The translations under genes and the position numbers were made by a program. From positions 7,812,001-7,876,000 of the forward strand of contig NC_091474.1 of assembly GCF_036971445.1 (NCBI RefSeq): a DNA stretch of 64,000 bases, read 5' to 3'. How positions within the stretch are numbered: position 1 is the first letter of the stretch; every line of letters starts with the position of its first letter. The notes beneath the pieces were generated by a model. It was not told the origin of the DNA and did not search any database. It worked only from the letters and a program-made list of their open reading frames with translations. The stretch is from Narcine bancroftii (Eukaryota). This document shows, piece after piece, positions 22,352-36,059 of the stretch.

Positions 22352-22880
22352 TGAGAAGCAGAAGTACCTTCACAGAATTTGCTCGAGACAAAAATTGAGA
22401 ACAAAGAACATTTATTATACAACAATGCAAAGTTGGGTGCTTCCCCTGGGAATACACACAGATACTGGGGCTCGCCCAACTTTTATACAGTTCATTTCAG
22501 TGTAGAGGTACCCTCTCCCCCCCCTAACATTCCTCCTGGATAAGTTTGGCATTAGGCAATCCTGTCTGCCTATGTGCTGTTTCTGTGAACCTGTCTGTGT
22601 CCCATCATGTCATTGTCCTTATTCACACCTTCCAATCCTCAGGGCTTTACTAACTCTTATATGCAGAACTTGCTATTCTGTCTAAGCTTACTAATTACAT
22701 ATGCGGAACTTGCTGACTCTCTCTAAGGCTAGAAGACCCTTATCTTATTCAGAATAACTTTACTTCCTACATTCTATTATCTACCCTTATCCTATTCATA
22801 CTGGCTTTATTCATTACACATATATCCATACCAGCTTTCTTCATCTCTCATATTTTCATATTAGTTTTACTCATCTCTCA
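22352..22880 (-). mobile_element. Solo LTR-like element inserted in a Penelope-type module
   Basis: On - it runs TGAGAGATG...TGCTTCTCA with TATAAAA (~22485) and AATAAA (~22412). The host module sequence resumes on both sides. Confidence 0.55.
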
Positions 22881-24726
22881 CAACAGCATCTGCAAATTTT
22901 GTGTTTCACACAAGCTCTGACCCACAAATAAAACACAAGATTCAATATATTGTCATGTAATAAAAACGATATCATATGACATGAAATTGCTTTTGTCTGC
23001 TGTAGGCAGACAGATCCCTCATCAGCAGATATTGCCTGAGGCACCTCTTGTAGTCAGAGAAAGAGAAGCAAAAGAACATCCCTCTTCCCCCCCTCCCCAG
23101 CAGAGTCACCGAGTGTCCGTGGATCCACCTCCAGCACTCCCACATCCACACAGAGCCCAGTCCAAACCATCGGAAACCCGAGCTGCGGTACCCCTTCAAC
23201 CAGTTTCCAGCGGTTCACAGCCTGATGTGAGTCCCTTGACAACAGTCTCCAGCAGCCCACTCAGCCTAGGTGGGTTCCTCGCCTTGAGTCACCAACTGCC
23301 CACTACCTGTGTGGGTCCTTCAGCTGCTTCCCTGGAGTCTGCAATCCCTCATAGCTGTTGCTGATCATAAGTGCCACCATCTTGGCCTGTACAGAGCTGA
23401 CTGGGCGGTTGACCCCATGGGAGGGCTGAGTCTCCACTCCCCCTGGTCCACACCAGTGGCAGCGCCGCCATTTATTTTCAACTCAAATCATGCTCTTGGC
23501 TGGCCTTAACAGCCCAAGGCTGGAAAACTGTGAGTGAGCATTGAAACTTGGGGTGAATGCTGGATCCCCAAGATTACCACATCCTAGCAACCTATTGACA
23601 ATTTATAAAGGAGGACGAGCATACCCTTGATGCTGGATTTCTGTCCATTTTGTCCACAAGAAATAGAGGACGTTTTATGGGTTATTGTCCTCTTCAAATC
23701 CAATGATTACAGAGAGTACTTTTTTTTAATATATATATATATAAATTAGTTTTTCTCCTAGTTCAAGTCCTTGATAAATTCCAGAAAAAGCTTTGGATGT
23801 GGTAAAAAGGAGGTTCTGGAAATGATTTATTTTAATGTGGAGAGATTAAGTAGCCTAAGACTATAGGGGTTAAGAAGGATGAGGGGTGGGGATAAGTCTC
23901 ATGGGAATATTTAAAATCATGAAAAGAATCAAGAAGATAGAAGCAGAGAGGTTAAACCCTAAAATTCAGCGATCAAGATTTGGGGTAGTAGAAACTCTAA
24001 GCTCATATTTCAGTTGTTATTAGAAAAGCGAGTCTCCCTTTGCTATACTCCCCAATATGTCATTATCACTATGTCAAAACTGGCAAAAACATATTCACTT
24101 GGAAACAGGAGCAACTATTGTTCAGGTTTAAAAAAGGTCTCTTATATACTCTCAAATGTATTAATAGTAATTAAATAATGTCCTTTATTATTTGTAGTAT
24201 CTTATTGCTTCAGCATATCCACAGTTTCTATATTATGTTATCAGGTTAATGGAATACAACGTGGCATAAAGGCTCAATCTATCTGAATGCAAAAATAAAT
24301 CTGACCTGGAATTATAGAGTATTTAAGCTTATTACAGATGACCAAGCACAGCGCTTGGTGATCCTAGACATATGGGAATGATCTCTTGCAAAACCTCAGT
24401 GTTTTCTCATCAGTATTAAATGCTGCCATATGTATGCTGAGATTAACGTCAGGTAAACTTAGACCAGATATTGACAGCCAGTAAATTAAACAGAGTGAGA
24501 ATATCTTAATTTACTTTTAATCATATGCGCAAGACACAATTGTACAGCTGCAAAAATAATCAGAGGTAGAACTGAATCCTCCTTCTGTGATGTTTTCTCT
24601 TTGATGTATACATTGTCAATTTGGCAGGAGCAACATTGAATACAAGAACTGCATTCGGAAAATGATATTCACATTATATTTATTATTCATGTTTTGAAGT
24701 CAAATTGAATCATTGTAGGGATGTCA

Positions 24727-25390
24727 CTCGAAAGGGGAGTGAAGGCCCCCTCGAAAGGGGAGTGAAGGCCCCCTCGAAAGGGGAGTGAAGGCCCCCTCGA
24801 AAGGGGAGTGAAGGCCCCCTCGAAAGGGGAGTGAAGGCCCCCTCGAAAGGGGAGTGAAGGCCCCCTCGAAAGGGGAGTGAAGGCCCCCTCGAAAGGGGAG
24901 TGAAGGCCCCCTCGAAAGGGGAGTGAAGGCCCCCTCGAAAGGGGAGTGAAGGCCCCCTCGAAAGGGGAGTGAAGGCCCCCTCGAAAGGGGAGTGAAGGCC
25001 CCCTCGAAAGGGGAGTGAAGGCCCCCTCGAAAGGGGAGTGAAGGCCCCCTCGAAAGGGGAGTGAAGGCCCCCTCGAAAGGGGAGTGAAGGCCCCCTCGAA
25101 AGGGGAGTGAAGGCCCCCTCGAAAGGGGAGTGAAGGCCCCCTCGAAAGGGGAGTGAAGGCCCCCTCGAAAGGGGAGTGAAGGCCCCCTCGAAAGGGGAGT
25201 GAAGGCCCCCTCGAAAGGGGAGTGAAGGCCCCCTCGAAAGGGGAGTGAAGGCCCCCTCGAAAGGGGAGTGAAGGCCCCCTCGAAAGGGGAGTGAAGGCCC
25301 CCTCGAAAGGGGAGTGAAGGCCCCCTCGAAATGGGAGTGAAGGCCCCCTCGAAAGGGGAGTGAAGGCCCCCTCGAAAGGGGAGTGAAGAC
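24727..25390. repeat. 23-bp GC-rich minisatellite, about 29 copies
   Basis: (CTCGAAAGGGGAGTGAAGGCCCC)n, nearly invariant, with one G>T variant near 25332. Confidence 0.97.
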
Positions 25391-26586
25391 TTTGCTCACT
25401 TGAAAGGTGAGTGAAGACTTTGCTTTTACTTTATAAATGTACAAGATTTGAAATACAACAAAATGGGTTGTTTAGGGGAGAAAAATTATCTTTTTGGAAA
25501 AATCCTTAAGACCACAATGACCATAAGAAAGAGGAGCAGAAATAGGCAACTCAGCCCAAGTGTGACCCACCCTTTTCCCATTCAGCCCCACTATCCAGCC
25601 TTCTCCCCATAACCTTTGATGTCCTGGCTAATCAAGAACCAATCAATCTCTGTCTTAAATACTCTCAATGACTTGGCCTCCACATCCACCTGTGGCAACA
25701 TATTCTACAGATAGTTAATTCCTACATATCTCTGTTCTAAATGGATGCCCTTCAATCCTGAAGTTGTGCCCTCTTGTCTTAGACTCTCCCACCATGGGAA
25801 ACAACTTTTCAACATTTGTTCAGTCCATGCTTTTCAATGTTCAAAATTTCTTCAATGAGATCTCCCTTCAATCTCCTAAATTCCATTGAGGACAGGCCAA
25901 GAGTCATTACATGGTCATATAACCCTGGAATCATTCTTGTGATCCTCCTCTGAACCCTCTACACACATCAGAACATTCTTTATTAAACGAGGAGCCCAAA
26001 ACTGCTCACAATACTCCAAGAGAGGTCTCACCAGTGCCTCAACATCACTTCCCTCTTATAGTCTATTCTTCTTGAAATGAATGCCACTGGAGGTCTCTGC
26101 TGACCTTCTCTGCGCCAGTTGCCAGTGATCCTCAATTCTTTGATCTTTCAATCTCCACCTTAAATATATCTCAATGCGGCCCCTGACTAGCCTTTGGTTC
26201 CTCTTGAAATGAATGCCAACATTGCATTTGCCTTCTTCACTACTGACTCAACCTGGAAATTTACCTTCAGGCTAAATTGTGAGAACACAAGTCATTTTGC
26301 ATTGGGTGTTTTCAATTTTCTTCCCACTTTAGAAAATACTCTGCCTGTTTATTTTTTTCTTCCAAGTGCATGACCGTACACTTTCTGACATTGTATTTCA
26401 TTTGCCACTTCTCTATCCATTCTCTGAATCTGTCCAAGTCCTTCTGCAGCCTCTTTGTTTCTTCAGCACTACATGGTCTTCTACCTACCTTGTACCATTT
26501 GAAAACTTAGCAAAGCCATTCATTCCATAATGTAAATAATTAATATACCACATAAAAAGAAGCAACCCCGACACTGATCCCTATGT

Positions 26587-28120
26587 CTCTCTTCTCTCTT
26601 TCCCTTTGGCTTGGCTTCGCGGACAAAGATTTATGGAGGGGTAATGTCCACGTCAGCTGCAGGCTCGTTTGTGGCTGACAAGTCCGATGCGGGACAGGCA
26701 GACACAGTTGCAGGAAAAATTGGTTGGTTGGGGTTGGGTGTTGGGTTTTTCCTCCTTTGTCTTTTGTCAGTGAGGTGGGCTCTGCGGTCTTCTTCAAAGG
26801 AAGTTGCTGCCCACCGAACTGTGAGGCACCAAGATGCACGGATTGAGGCGATATCAGCCCACTGGCGGTGGTCAATGTGGCAGGCACCAAGAGATTTCTT
26901 TAGGCAGTCCTTGTACCTCTTCTTTGGTGCACCTCTGTCTCGGTGGCCAGTGGAGAGCTCGCCATATAACGCGATCTTGGGAAGGCGATGGACCTCCATT
27001 CTGGAGACGTGACCTGCCCAGCGCTGTTGGATCTTCAGCAGCGTGGATTCGATGCTGTCGGCCTCTGCCATCTCGAGTACTTCGATGTTAGGGATGAAAT
27101 CGCTCCAATGAATGTTGAGGATGGAGCAGAGACAACGCTGGTGGAAGCGTTTTAGGAGCCGTAGGTGATGCCGGTAGAGGACCCATGATTCGGAGCCGAA
27201 CAGGAGTGTGGGTATGACAACGGCTCTGTATACGCTAATCTTTGTGAGGTTTTTCAGTTGGTTGTTTTTCCAGACTCTTTTGTGTAGTCTTCCAAAGGCA
27301 CTATTTGCCTTGGCGAGTCTGTTGTCTATCTCGTTGTCAATCCTTGCATCCGATGAAATGGTGCAGCCGAGATAGGTAAACTGGTTGACCGTTTTGAGTT
27401 TTGTGTGCCCGATGGAGATGTGGGGGGGCTGGTAGTCATGGTGGGGAGCTGGCTGATGGAGGACCTCAGTTTTCTTCAGGCTGACTTCCAGGCCAAACAT
27501 TTTGGCAGTTTCCACAAAACAGGACGTCAAGCGCTGAAGAGCTGGCTCTGAATGGGCAACTAAAGCGGCATCGTCTGCAAAGAGTAGTTCACAGACAAGT
27601 TGCTCTTGTGTCTTGGTGTGAGCTTGCAGGCGCCTCAGATTGAAGAGACTGCCATCCGTGCGGTACCGGATGTAAACAGCATCTTCATTGTTGAGGTCTT
27701 TCATGGCTTGTTTCAGCATCACGCTGAAGAAGATTTAAAAGAGGGTTGGTGCGGGAACGCAGCCTTGCTTCACACCATTGTTAATGGAGAAGGGTTCAGA
27801 GAGCTCATTGCTGTATCTGACCCGACCTTGTTGGTTTTCGTGCAGTTGGATAACCATGTTGAGGAACTTGGCGGGGCATCCGAGGCGCTCTAGTATTTGC
27901 CAAAGCCCTTTCCTGCTCACAGTGTCGAAGGCTTTGGTGAGGTCAACAAAGGTGATGTAGAGTCCTTTGTTTTGTTCTCTGCACTTTTCTTGGAGCTGTC
28001 TGAGGGCAAAGGCCACGTCAGTAGTTCCCCTGTTTGCGCGAAAGCCATTGCAGGCAAAATCTTTGCTAGGATTCTCCTAAATAGAATAATATTTAGTCTC
28101 GCCGAGAATGTTCTCCCAGA
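26587..28120 (-). mobile_element. Young RTE LINE, 5'-truncated, with 5' inversion
   Basis: RT motifs FVDLTKAFDTV, NGVKQGCV, LLFADDAAL and FTYLGC, with one frameshift/stop near 27730. Segment 28045-28120 reads IAGKIFARILLNRI...LP on +. TSD GATCCCTATGT at 26576-26586 and 28119-28129. Confidence 0.92.
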
Positions 28121-28129
28121 TCCCTATGT

Positions 28130-28555
28130 TTTCTCTTCTTTGGCTTGGCTTCGCGGACGAAGATTTATGGAGGGGGTAAAAAGTCCACGTCAGCTGCAGG
28201 CTCGTTTGTGGCTGACAAGTCCGATGCGGGACAGGCAGACACGGTTGCAGCGGTTGCAGGGGAAAATTGGTTGGTTGGGGTTGGGTGTTTCCTCCTTTGC
28301 CTTTTGTCAGTGAGGTGGGCTCTGCGGTCTTCTTCAAAGGAGGTTGCTGCCTGCCGAACTGTGAGGCGCCAAGATGCACGGTTTGAGGCGATATCACCCT
28401 ACTGGTGGTGGTCAATGTGGCAGGCACCAAGAGATTTCTTTAGGCAGTCCTTGTACCTTTTCTTTGGTGCACCTCTGTCACGGTGGCCAGTGGAGAGCTC
28501 GCCATATAACACGATCTTGGGAAGGCGATGGTCCTCCATTCTGGAGACGTGACCC
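28130..28555 (-). mobile_element. 5'-truncated RTE LINE (3' end)
   Basis: Encodes GHVSRMEDHRLPKIVLYGELSTG and carries the same 3' tail as the other copies. Confidence 0.9.
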
Positions 28556-30379
28556 ATCACACCACAGCAATTGACAGCCAACCAGAATGGGTTCATTGTA
28601 TTCTGACTCTTCTTCCTGCCAATCAGCCAATGCTCTAACAATGCCAGTAGGTTTCCTGTAATACCACGGGCACTTAACTTAAGTAGCCTTTTGCCAAGTG
28701 GCTTCTGAAAATCCAAATGTACAACATCCACTGAATCTCCTTTATCTCACCTGCTTGTCACCTCTTCAAAGAATTCCAATAGGTTTATCAAGCGAGATTT
28801 TCCTTCAAGGAAACCATGCTGGATTTGGTCTATCTTGTCATGTACCTTTCAGAACCTGAGATTGCAATCCACCTGGACTGGGAAATTTATCTGACCCCAA
28901 GACCATTCAGCTTTCGGACTACTTTTTTGAAATCCAAAGAACTTTCTTCCACACACCGTGAAGTGGATTTGAAGGATTTGAGTTTGTGGCACCACCCAGT
29001 GGAATGATTCGGGAACTGTACAGTATTATAAAATAGAATACTGCTTCTTGGGTTGGGAAAACTCTGCACCTGCTGTAAACAGAAAGGAAATGGATCGTAG
29101 CTTTGAGGGAGGCGAGTAGGTAAAGGAAACAGAATATCAGAACTAACTGAGGATGACTGGAACAAAACAATGTCAGAATGAAAAGAGCACCATTTGAATA
29201 TAACCTGCTGGTATCAATATTTTGTATGAGAAGAAATATTTATGTTAGAGGATGAAAAGAAGGTACCTGTGGATGGTAGGACAGTCTAACTGGATTTCTT
29301 TGCATCATTGTTCCAATAGTTTCCGTATTCAAATATATTCCAACTTAGGAGGGGAAAAAACACAAAAAATGGGCTTATAGCCAGCAGGAGGAGACATTAA
29401 CAAACTAATCTCTTAATCTGGAGATTTACTTGTGCCTTCAATCATCTCTGGATTCAAATTCCACTTTCTTCCCAATGACTCCTGTTGTCGCCCATATTTT
29501 TTTTCTTTTAAACTTCTTCCCGCTTCCTTCCATTTTTATCCAGTTTGTAACAATGCCACATACTCATTGGTGAGGTTTTTGAAGTTAAGAGCATTTTTTA
29601 TTTTTAAACATAGGTTAAATCCTAGTTTTAAAAAAAATTGTAGCAGGACATTCGGGTCTTTTCACAATCAGCCCAAAACAAGTGCAAAATCAGCTGCACG
29701 CCCACAGTGTTCACTCAAGACCTATCAGCACATCGGAGATCAACAAGGAAGAATGTAGATGCTGGAAAACAAGTAATGCACAAAATGCTGGAGGAACTCA
29801 ACGGGGCAATATGCATCCCTGGAAGGCGATAGATAGCGTTCTGGGCCATAACCCTTCATCAGGAATATCTGAACTGGTTTTAGATTCTGCTTTCAATATA
29901 CGCTTTTGACATGCGTTCACCGATAGATTGCCTCTTTAAAAGGGTGGGATAACAGTTGCCTTTCACAAAGAAATGACCATTGTGGTGGCTAACTGGGCCA
30001 AGATATTGTTCAGGGAAAAATTGAATGGGTGTGGGTGAACAAGTCAGAAATGGAAAGAAAGGTTTCTGGGAGACCAAGAGGAACATAGATATTCAGATTT
30101 GTCTCATTTTCAGTCACTGAATTCCATATTAAGAGAAATTGTTTGAAGTGATTAGTCTCATTTATTTCAGGTTTATTGTCAGAGTGAGCAGGGCAGAATT
30201 GGTTGTGCAAAAAGAACTGTACATATGTAAACTAATAAAGAACTGTTAACAGATAATGAAATGAAACCAAACTGACTGTGTAATACAGAATGAATGAGTC
30301 CCTGATTGACTTTGCCATTGAGGAGTCTGATGGTGGAGTGGTAGCATCTGTTCTGTGGCATCGATACCTCTTTCCTTAA

Positions 30380-30900
30380 TTGATCGTCATATATATTAAT
30401 GATTTGGAAGAGAATATAGGTTAAATGCTGAATAAGTTTATAGGTGACATCTAAATTGATGGTATAGTGGACATGAACTAGGTAGTCTAAGGCTACAACA
30501 GGATGTAGATGTACTGGGAAAAGGAATGTCAGATGGAAGTTAACTCACACAAGGGCAAAGTGATACATATTGGGATGTTAATCCAGACCAGTGGGTGGTA
30601 GGGCCCTGGAGAGCATAGTTCCTTGAAACTAAGAGGACAAGATGAGCAGGGAAAGATTTATAGAGGATCTGAGGGTCCAGTTTTCACGTAGAGAGCAGTG
30701 TATATATATGGCACAAGATGCCAGAGCAGGTTATAGAGGCACATACAATTACCATGTTTTAAACAATATTTGGACATGCAAATGGATAAAAACGAAAGAT
30801 TTAGAGGGATAATAGAAATTGGGATGTGCAGAGGTAGGAATCTTTGTCAGCACAAACATGTTGGGCTGAGTGACCTATATTCACGCTGTATAGCTTTAAG
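30380..30900 (+). mobile_element. Degraded CR1 LINE
   Basis: ATATATATTAATGATTTGGA...AAGTTTATAGGTGACATCTAA is a remnant of YINDL..KFADDTK. Ends in a GGGCTGA tail. Confidence 0.6.
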
Positions 30901-31890
30901 AATCGATGAATAATTCAGCACCTAGGGTTAGGGATAAGTAATAAATACTGGTGTTGCCAGTGACACCTATACCTAATTTAAAAAAGTCTATTTGTTGGTT
31001 TCATTTTTGCCTGTTCTGGGTTGGCATCCAGTAATTTTGATTTATCATTTGTTATTCATGCATAGATGATTTTATTTTAATGTTATAATCTGTTAACTTG
31101 GATTTAATCACATTGTATGCTTTCAAACTGCTTGTCCACAATCCAGCTCTATGCTTTGAAATCTTGGCTCTTGCAAATGCATCCTCTATTAATCTTAAAC
31201 AGTTATTTATTTTTGACTATTTACATACAAGCACTTTTATAAACAGAACTGTTTATACAAAAAAAAATGGAATGCTAAGATATTACAGTCTTGTTGCTGA
31301 GGTGGAGCTGTCTTTAATTGGGCTTGTCCTTTTAATATAACTGATCAGATACTGCGTTTGGCAACCATTTATAAATCTTCAGATTCCACTTTGGGTCAGC
31401 AGGTCAGGAAAAACAACACTAAGGATTTGTCTTTTACAATTTTGCATTGGATTAGACTAGACTTCCTGTGGCATTAATAGCAGTGAATGTCATTTTTCCA
31501 ACACAGGGAAGAAAAGGGATTAACAAGCTTATGGAAAAATGTGCCCAGGAAAATATAATGCAGATTTCAATTAAGCTCAGTCAGGTCATAAGCTCTCAAC
31601 TTGTCAAATGTCATGTACCGTTTTAATCAGGTATTTTTTTTTCTTTTATACTTTTGCCTTGAAGAACTTTGCATTTAATTTCCTTTTGCCAAGAGTATTG
31701 AACAGAAAACCCTGGACATGGAGCATGCATTTCCTCAACATGTATTTGGACTGTGAAAGGGAATGGACTTTAAATTCTGTGTTTCCTGGCACCTAGAGAC
31801 TTTCACAAACACAAGGTCCATTTTGCCTCATGAAACTGCCCAAGATAATCATTTATGTGATTTCCAAATTTTGAAAGCAAAACTTTCAAG

Positions 31891-32256
31891 TGTGGCGGCC
31901 CGCAACCACGGAGATCAGGCCGGCACAACACGTGGTAATAAATAGCAGCATAACTCATGAACGTGACCCCTAGCAATAGTGAACTGGCGCGGTTGGAAGC
32001 TGGGGCAGTACAAGACCACCAGCCCTAAAATGGAGCTGGCAAAGCTGTCCAGCTAACAGAGCAACACCAGGCTGGGAAAGAAGGGTATTTATATGCAAGG
32101 ATTTTCCCACGGGCAGGAATCCCGTTTTTGTTATTCAGCCAATCAACCAAATGACGGGAACTCCAACTGTGTAAAAGGAGCATTTCCAGCCTCAATAAAG
32201 TCAGAGCTTAACCTCCCATACTCTGAGTGTGAGTTTCTTCGTAGCAGACGGCTACA
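31891..32256 (+). mobile_element. Solo Gypsy-type LTR
   Basis: TGTGGC...GCTACA termini, AATAAA at ~32195, flanks CAAG/TAAG. Confidence 0.7.
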
Positions 32257-34229
32257 TAAGTGTAATTTTCTAATACAAAACATAAAGTGATTAATCTGTT
32301 ATCTTTTCAATCATTCCATAAAAGGGTAGTGTTTTTTAATAATGTTGTTTCTGAGATAATGGTGTCCACATCTATTGCTTCTATTTTATTTGGAAGGTCT
32401 TCGTAACAGACTGGCACCACTGGAGCATGTTGATGTGAAATCATAATTTGGGTGAAATGAGAATTTTTAGATTTCTGTCTCAAGTTCCTTTCAAGCGTCT
32501 GGGAAACCCAAATTCTCATAAGACATCAAAACTGAGTATTCTTTAGCTCCGATATAAAAAGAGAAATAACCAACAGGTCAGGCAGGATTTGCAGAAAGAA
32601 ACAGAGTTAATCTTTTCAATCAATGACCATTCATTAAAACAACCACATTTTGCTTTCAATTTCAGTTGTGATATCTGTCCACAGAATATAACTCAAGATT
32701 TCCTGCACATGGCATTTAGAATACGCAGGTAAAAATAAAACTTTGTATTCAATTGCCAAATCATTAAAATAAAACAGGCTAAGCTTTAACTTTTGAAACA
32801 GACCAGGGCCTGTTATTATTTAATAACAACATCAATGGATACAAAAGATACTTGTATATGCAAAATCATGTAATGAAATATTTGATTTGGTCACTTGCTT
32901 CAATCCCATTTGATAAAGTAATGTGAATTACAAAGATCCTGATAAATTAAAGACATTTTGATAACAAATCTGTTCCATAGCTCTACCCAAAGACAGATGT
33001 TTAAAAAATAGACATCCTACAAAGAAAACAGGTAATTGGAGACTCTAATATTATATTTCTTATTGCCATATAATATCAAAGCCTGCAGATACATATTGAC
33101 TTAAATAGAAAATGGCAGAACCAATCATTAATCATACTTCAAACGTATGATTATTCAATGCAAATATGTGAAGTATGAGATGAGTGTGTGAGGGCACACC
33201 CCACACACGTCCATAATTTGAATGGTTAAATAGATAACAGAAAAATAACTGTCCATGAACAAGTTAGAAATGAATCATAACATCTGCTCCCACAAGAGGG
33301 CCATATTCTTTCAACATAAATGTCCAAACAGATTGCATTCATCATTTTAAAATCCCTCTTAGATAATAAACATTAAAAACATTGTTATGACATATGTCTT
33401 TGAATAAGATGTCAACATTCAAAATAACATTATTATTCATTGTGTAGAAATATTTTGTCTAATTTAGATTTACACAAAACTCAACAATCCCTTCCTCAAT
33501 TTATAAAGCTGGAGTCAAAGACAATGAATTCAAGACAATTTTTAAGAAATTATTTTCTGCCTCATTAGATCATTTTCGAGGATCAGATAAATCTTTAGAA
33601 AATCCATTAGGACATGAACTAAGATGACGAAGTAAGAAATTGTAATCGTAATATTCAAGTTGTCTTGAAATGCAGGGTGCAAACAATGTGTTATAAAATA
33701 GGCCAAATGTGTTAAAATGGAGGAAAACTTTAAAAAACATAGAAAAAGTACTTTGCCGGAAGACTAATATGATTGGATTGCCATGTTTTATTAATAAAGA
33801 GATGACACGATACCAATGCGTAGGGGTTGTTGTTTGTTCTGACTACTTCAAGCCTGTCTTTCATTATGTGTTTTGCCTGACATATTGTCTGTTGTTGTTC
33901 AACATTTTCCAGTATACAAGCCAAAGATGACTGGCATGGAAATCGGAATGCATTCCGAATTTTATCAAGCTACTAAGGTATCAAATCTGAATCAGATAGC
34001 AGCAAACAACACAACCTAGTTTATATTAATTTGGATTATATTGGCTTAGTTTACCAGAATCTCATTTTCAGTCTGTCTTTGAATACTGATTTAAGTCTTT
34101 TTTTTTTAAAAAAAACCCACAATCAGTCATTTTGTGACAGTCAGAAAGACAGAAAGTATCCAAAATATGAAGGAGTCCTGCAATTATAATTTTATTATTC
34201 AATATCACCATGGCAATAGACATTTTCCT

Positions 34230-35200
34230 CTTTTCAGGAGGTGTACTTGTGGATTGGTGCCAGGACAATAACCTCTCCCTCAATGAGAGCAAGATGAATT
34301 TCCGGAGGAGGGACATAGCTCACTTTCTTTTTCCCCCACATCGAAGGTGCTGCGGTGGAGAGAGTAAACGAGCTCAAGTTCCTCAGGGCGAACATTTCCA
34401 GAGACTTGCCCTGGTGCACCCTTGTCAATGCAATGGCCAAGAAAGCATACCAATGTCTCTACTTCTTCAGATTCCTGAGGAAATTTAGCACGTCACCAGC
34501 ATCCCTTCCGCAGATGCACAATTGAAAGCATCCAATCAATGAGTATCTCTGCGTGGTGTGGCGGAACACGGCAATGCATGCATGACATTACCATACTGTA
34601 CAGGCTAGCCCACCTCCTACCCTGTAACCCCTCCCCATAAGATTCTCCAATAAAGGCAGAGTCGCCTTAGTCCCTCCCTTCATACCTGCCTTGGAACTGG
34701 GCCAGCAACATGTGCCTGTCATTTCAGGTTATTAATAACTTTGATCACTCGTTTCAAGTCTGCTTGTAGTGACTGATTGTCTATTACTTGGTACAGGAAC
34801 TATTCTATACCACAAAAAAACACAGAGGGCTGTGAACAAGCCATCGCACAAACACCTGCTTCCTTCACTTGGTAAAAAGAGACAAAAAAAATTAAAAGAA
34901 CCATCCCACCCTGTCCACACTCTGTTCACATCCTCCTGTCAGGAAGAAGATTCACAAGTTATAAGATTAAACATTACTGGATTCAAAAATAGTTTCTTTT
35001 CTGCCATTATCAGATCCTGAATTAATCCCCAAATAATAAAATGATGGTGATTTTGCACCATACCAACAGATCTCTCTTGTAACTGCCTGCTTCTTATACT
35101 TTTGTCCTGTGTATCACTTATATTATGTATGCAATGTCTACTGGTCTGCTCACAAAACAACCTCCATCACTTCATATTTGTACGTGACCATAAATATGAA
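34230..35200 (+). mobile_element. Degraded Rex1/Babar LINE containing an LTR insertion (~34557-34775)
   Basis: Encodes DWCQDNNLSLN and KEPSHPVHTLF. The insert shares TGTAAC.CCTCCCC...CTTGGAACTGGGC with the insert at 43485-43701. Confidence 0.65.
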
Positions 35201-36059
35201 CTTATACCTGACCTAAATTATGACATCTGACTCCTTAAAAATTGCAGTCTGATCATTTTAATCATGGAATTTGCAAAATAGAGCATTTCCAATCATAAAC
35301 AAGTATGTTTCTTTAATGTGTTAATATTGAGAGTCACTTTGCAAGTCAATGCCCGGGTAAACCATGAAAATTTATTTTTGGAATGGACCACAAAAGCAAA
35401 CATAAATATCATTTCTAACTTTGTTAAAAAGAAAATCAATGTTATCCATCACAAGTATTGCACAGAATTATGTAGACCATGCTATGATAATTAAACGCCT
35501 TTCCAAACTATTTGTTGTACCTCAAAGACTTTGACCTGTTTTGTGGTAATGTGTATTATTCTAAGTTGGAAATGTCAGTAATGATTCCACAGTAGATTTT
35601 TTTAAAACACATCTGACAACTTTTTTTGCACAATTGTTCATTTTGAATATGTAAATGCTTCTGTTAAAATAGACAAGGAATCTCATTTGATTTCTCTTCA
35701 GTAAAATTCACCACGACTTAAATAAGGTACCAGGCTTATCCATTAAGATTGAATCAATAAGATGTTCATAAATTAAAAGTTTGAAACTTAATGCACGAAA
35801 TTGCATTTGTTATTCTTTTTTAAACTTTTCTCTAGGTTGCTTCAAAGTATAGGATAGAAATATAAATCACATCCTTGGATCACATTGTAATTCGACTAAA
35901 ATGAAAGTCCCTTCGGGTAAATGTGCAGGTTTTTGATAGATTCTTATCTTGCAGACATATCTGGTGATAAATTTACATAATAAATATTGTTCCTTCAAAG
36001 AAGTATTTAGGAGAGGTACAAATAAAAAACATTTACAACATATTTAAACCTTCTTGCAT

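Larger units (their letters stand above)
25510..28850 (-). mobile_element. CR1 LINE (3' part) interrupted by two RTE insertions
   Basis: ACCATAAGA-type tail and CCCAAAACTGCTCACAATACTCC at the left, MDVVHLDFQK in the right portion. Host sequence resumes after 28555. Confidence 0.75.

Noticed and set aside
24710-25444. 244-aa repetitive ORF
   Set aside because: Translation of the 23-bp minisatellite cycling through three frames.
26631-27722. 363-aa RT ORF as a host gene or autonomous element
   Set aside because: It is part of a 5'-truncated RTE copy that lacks the endonuclease domain and has a frameshift upstream.
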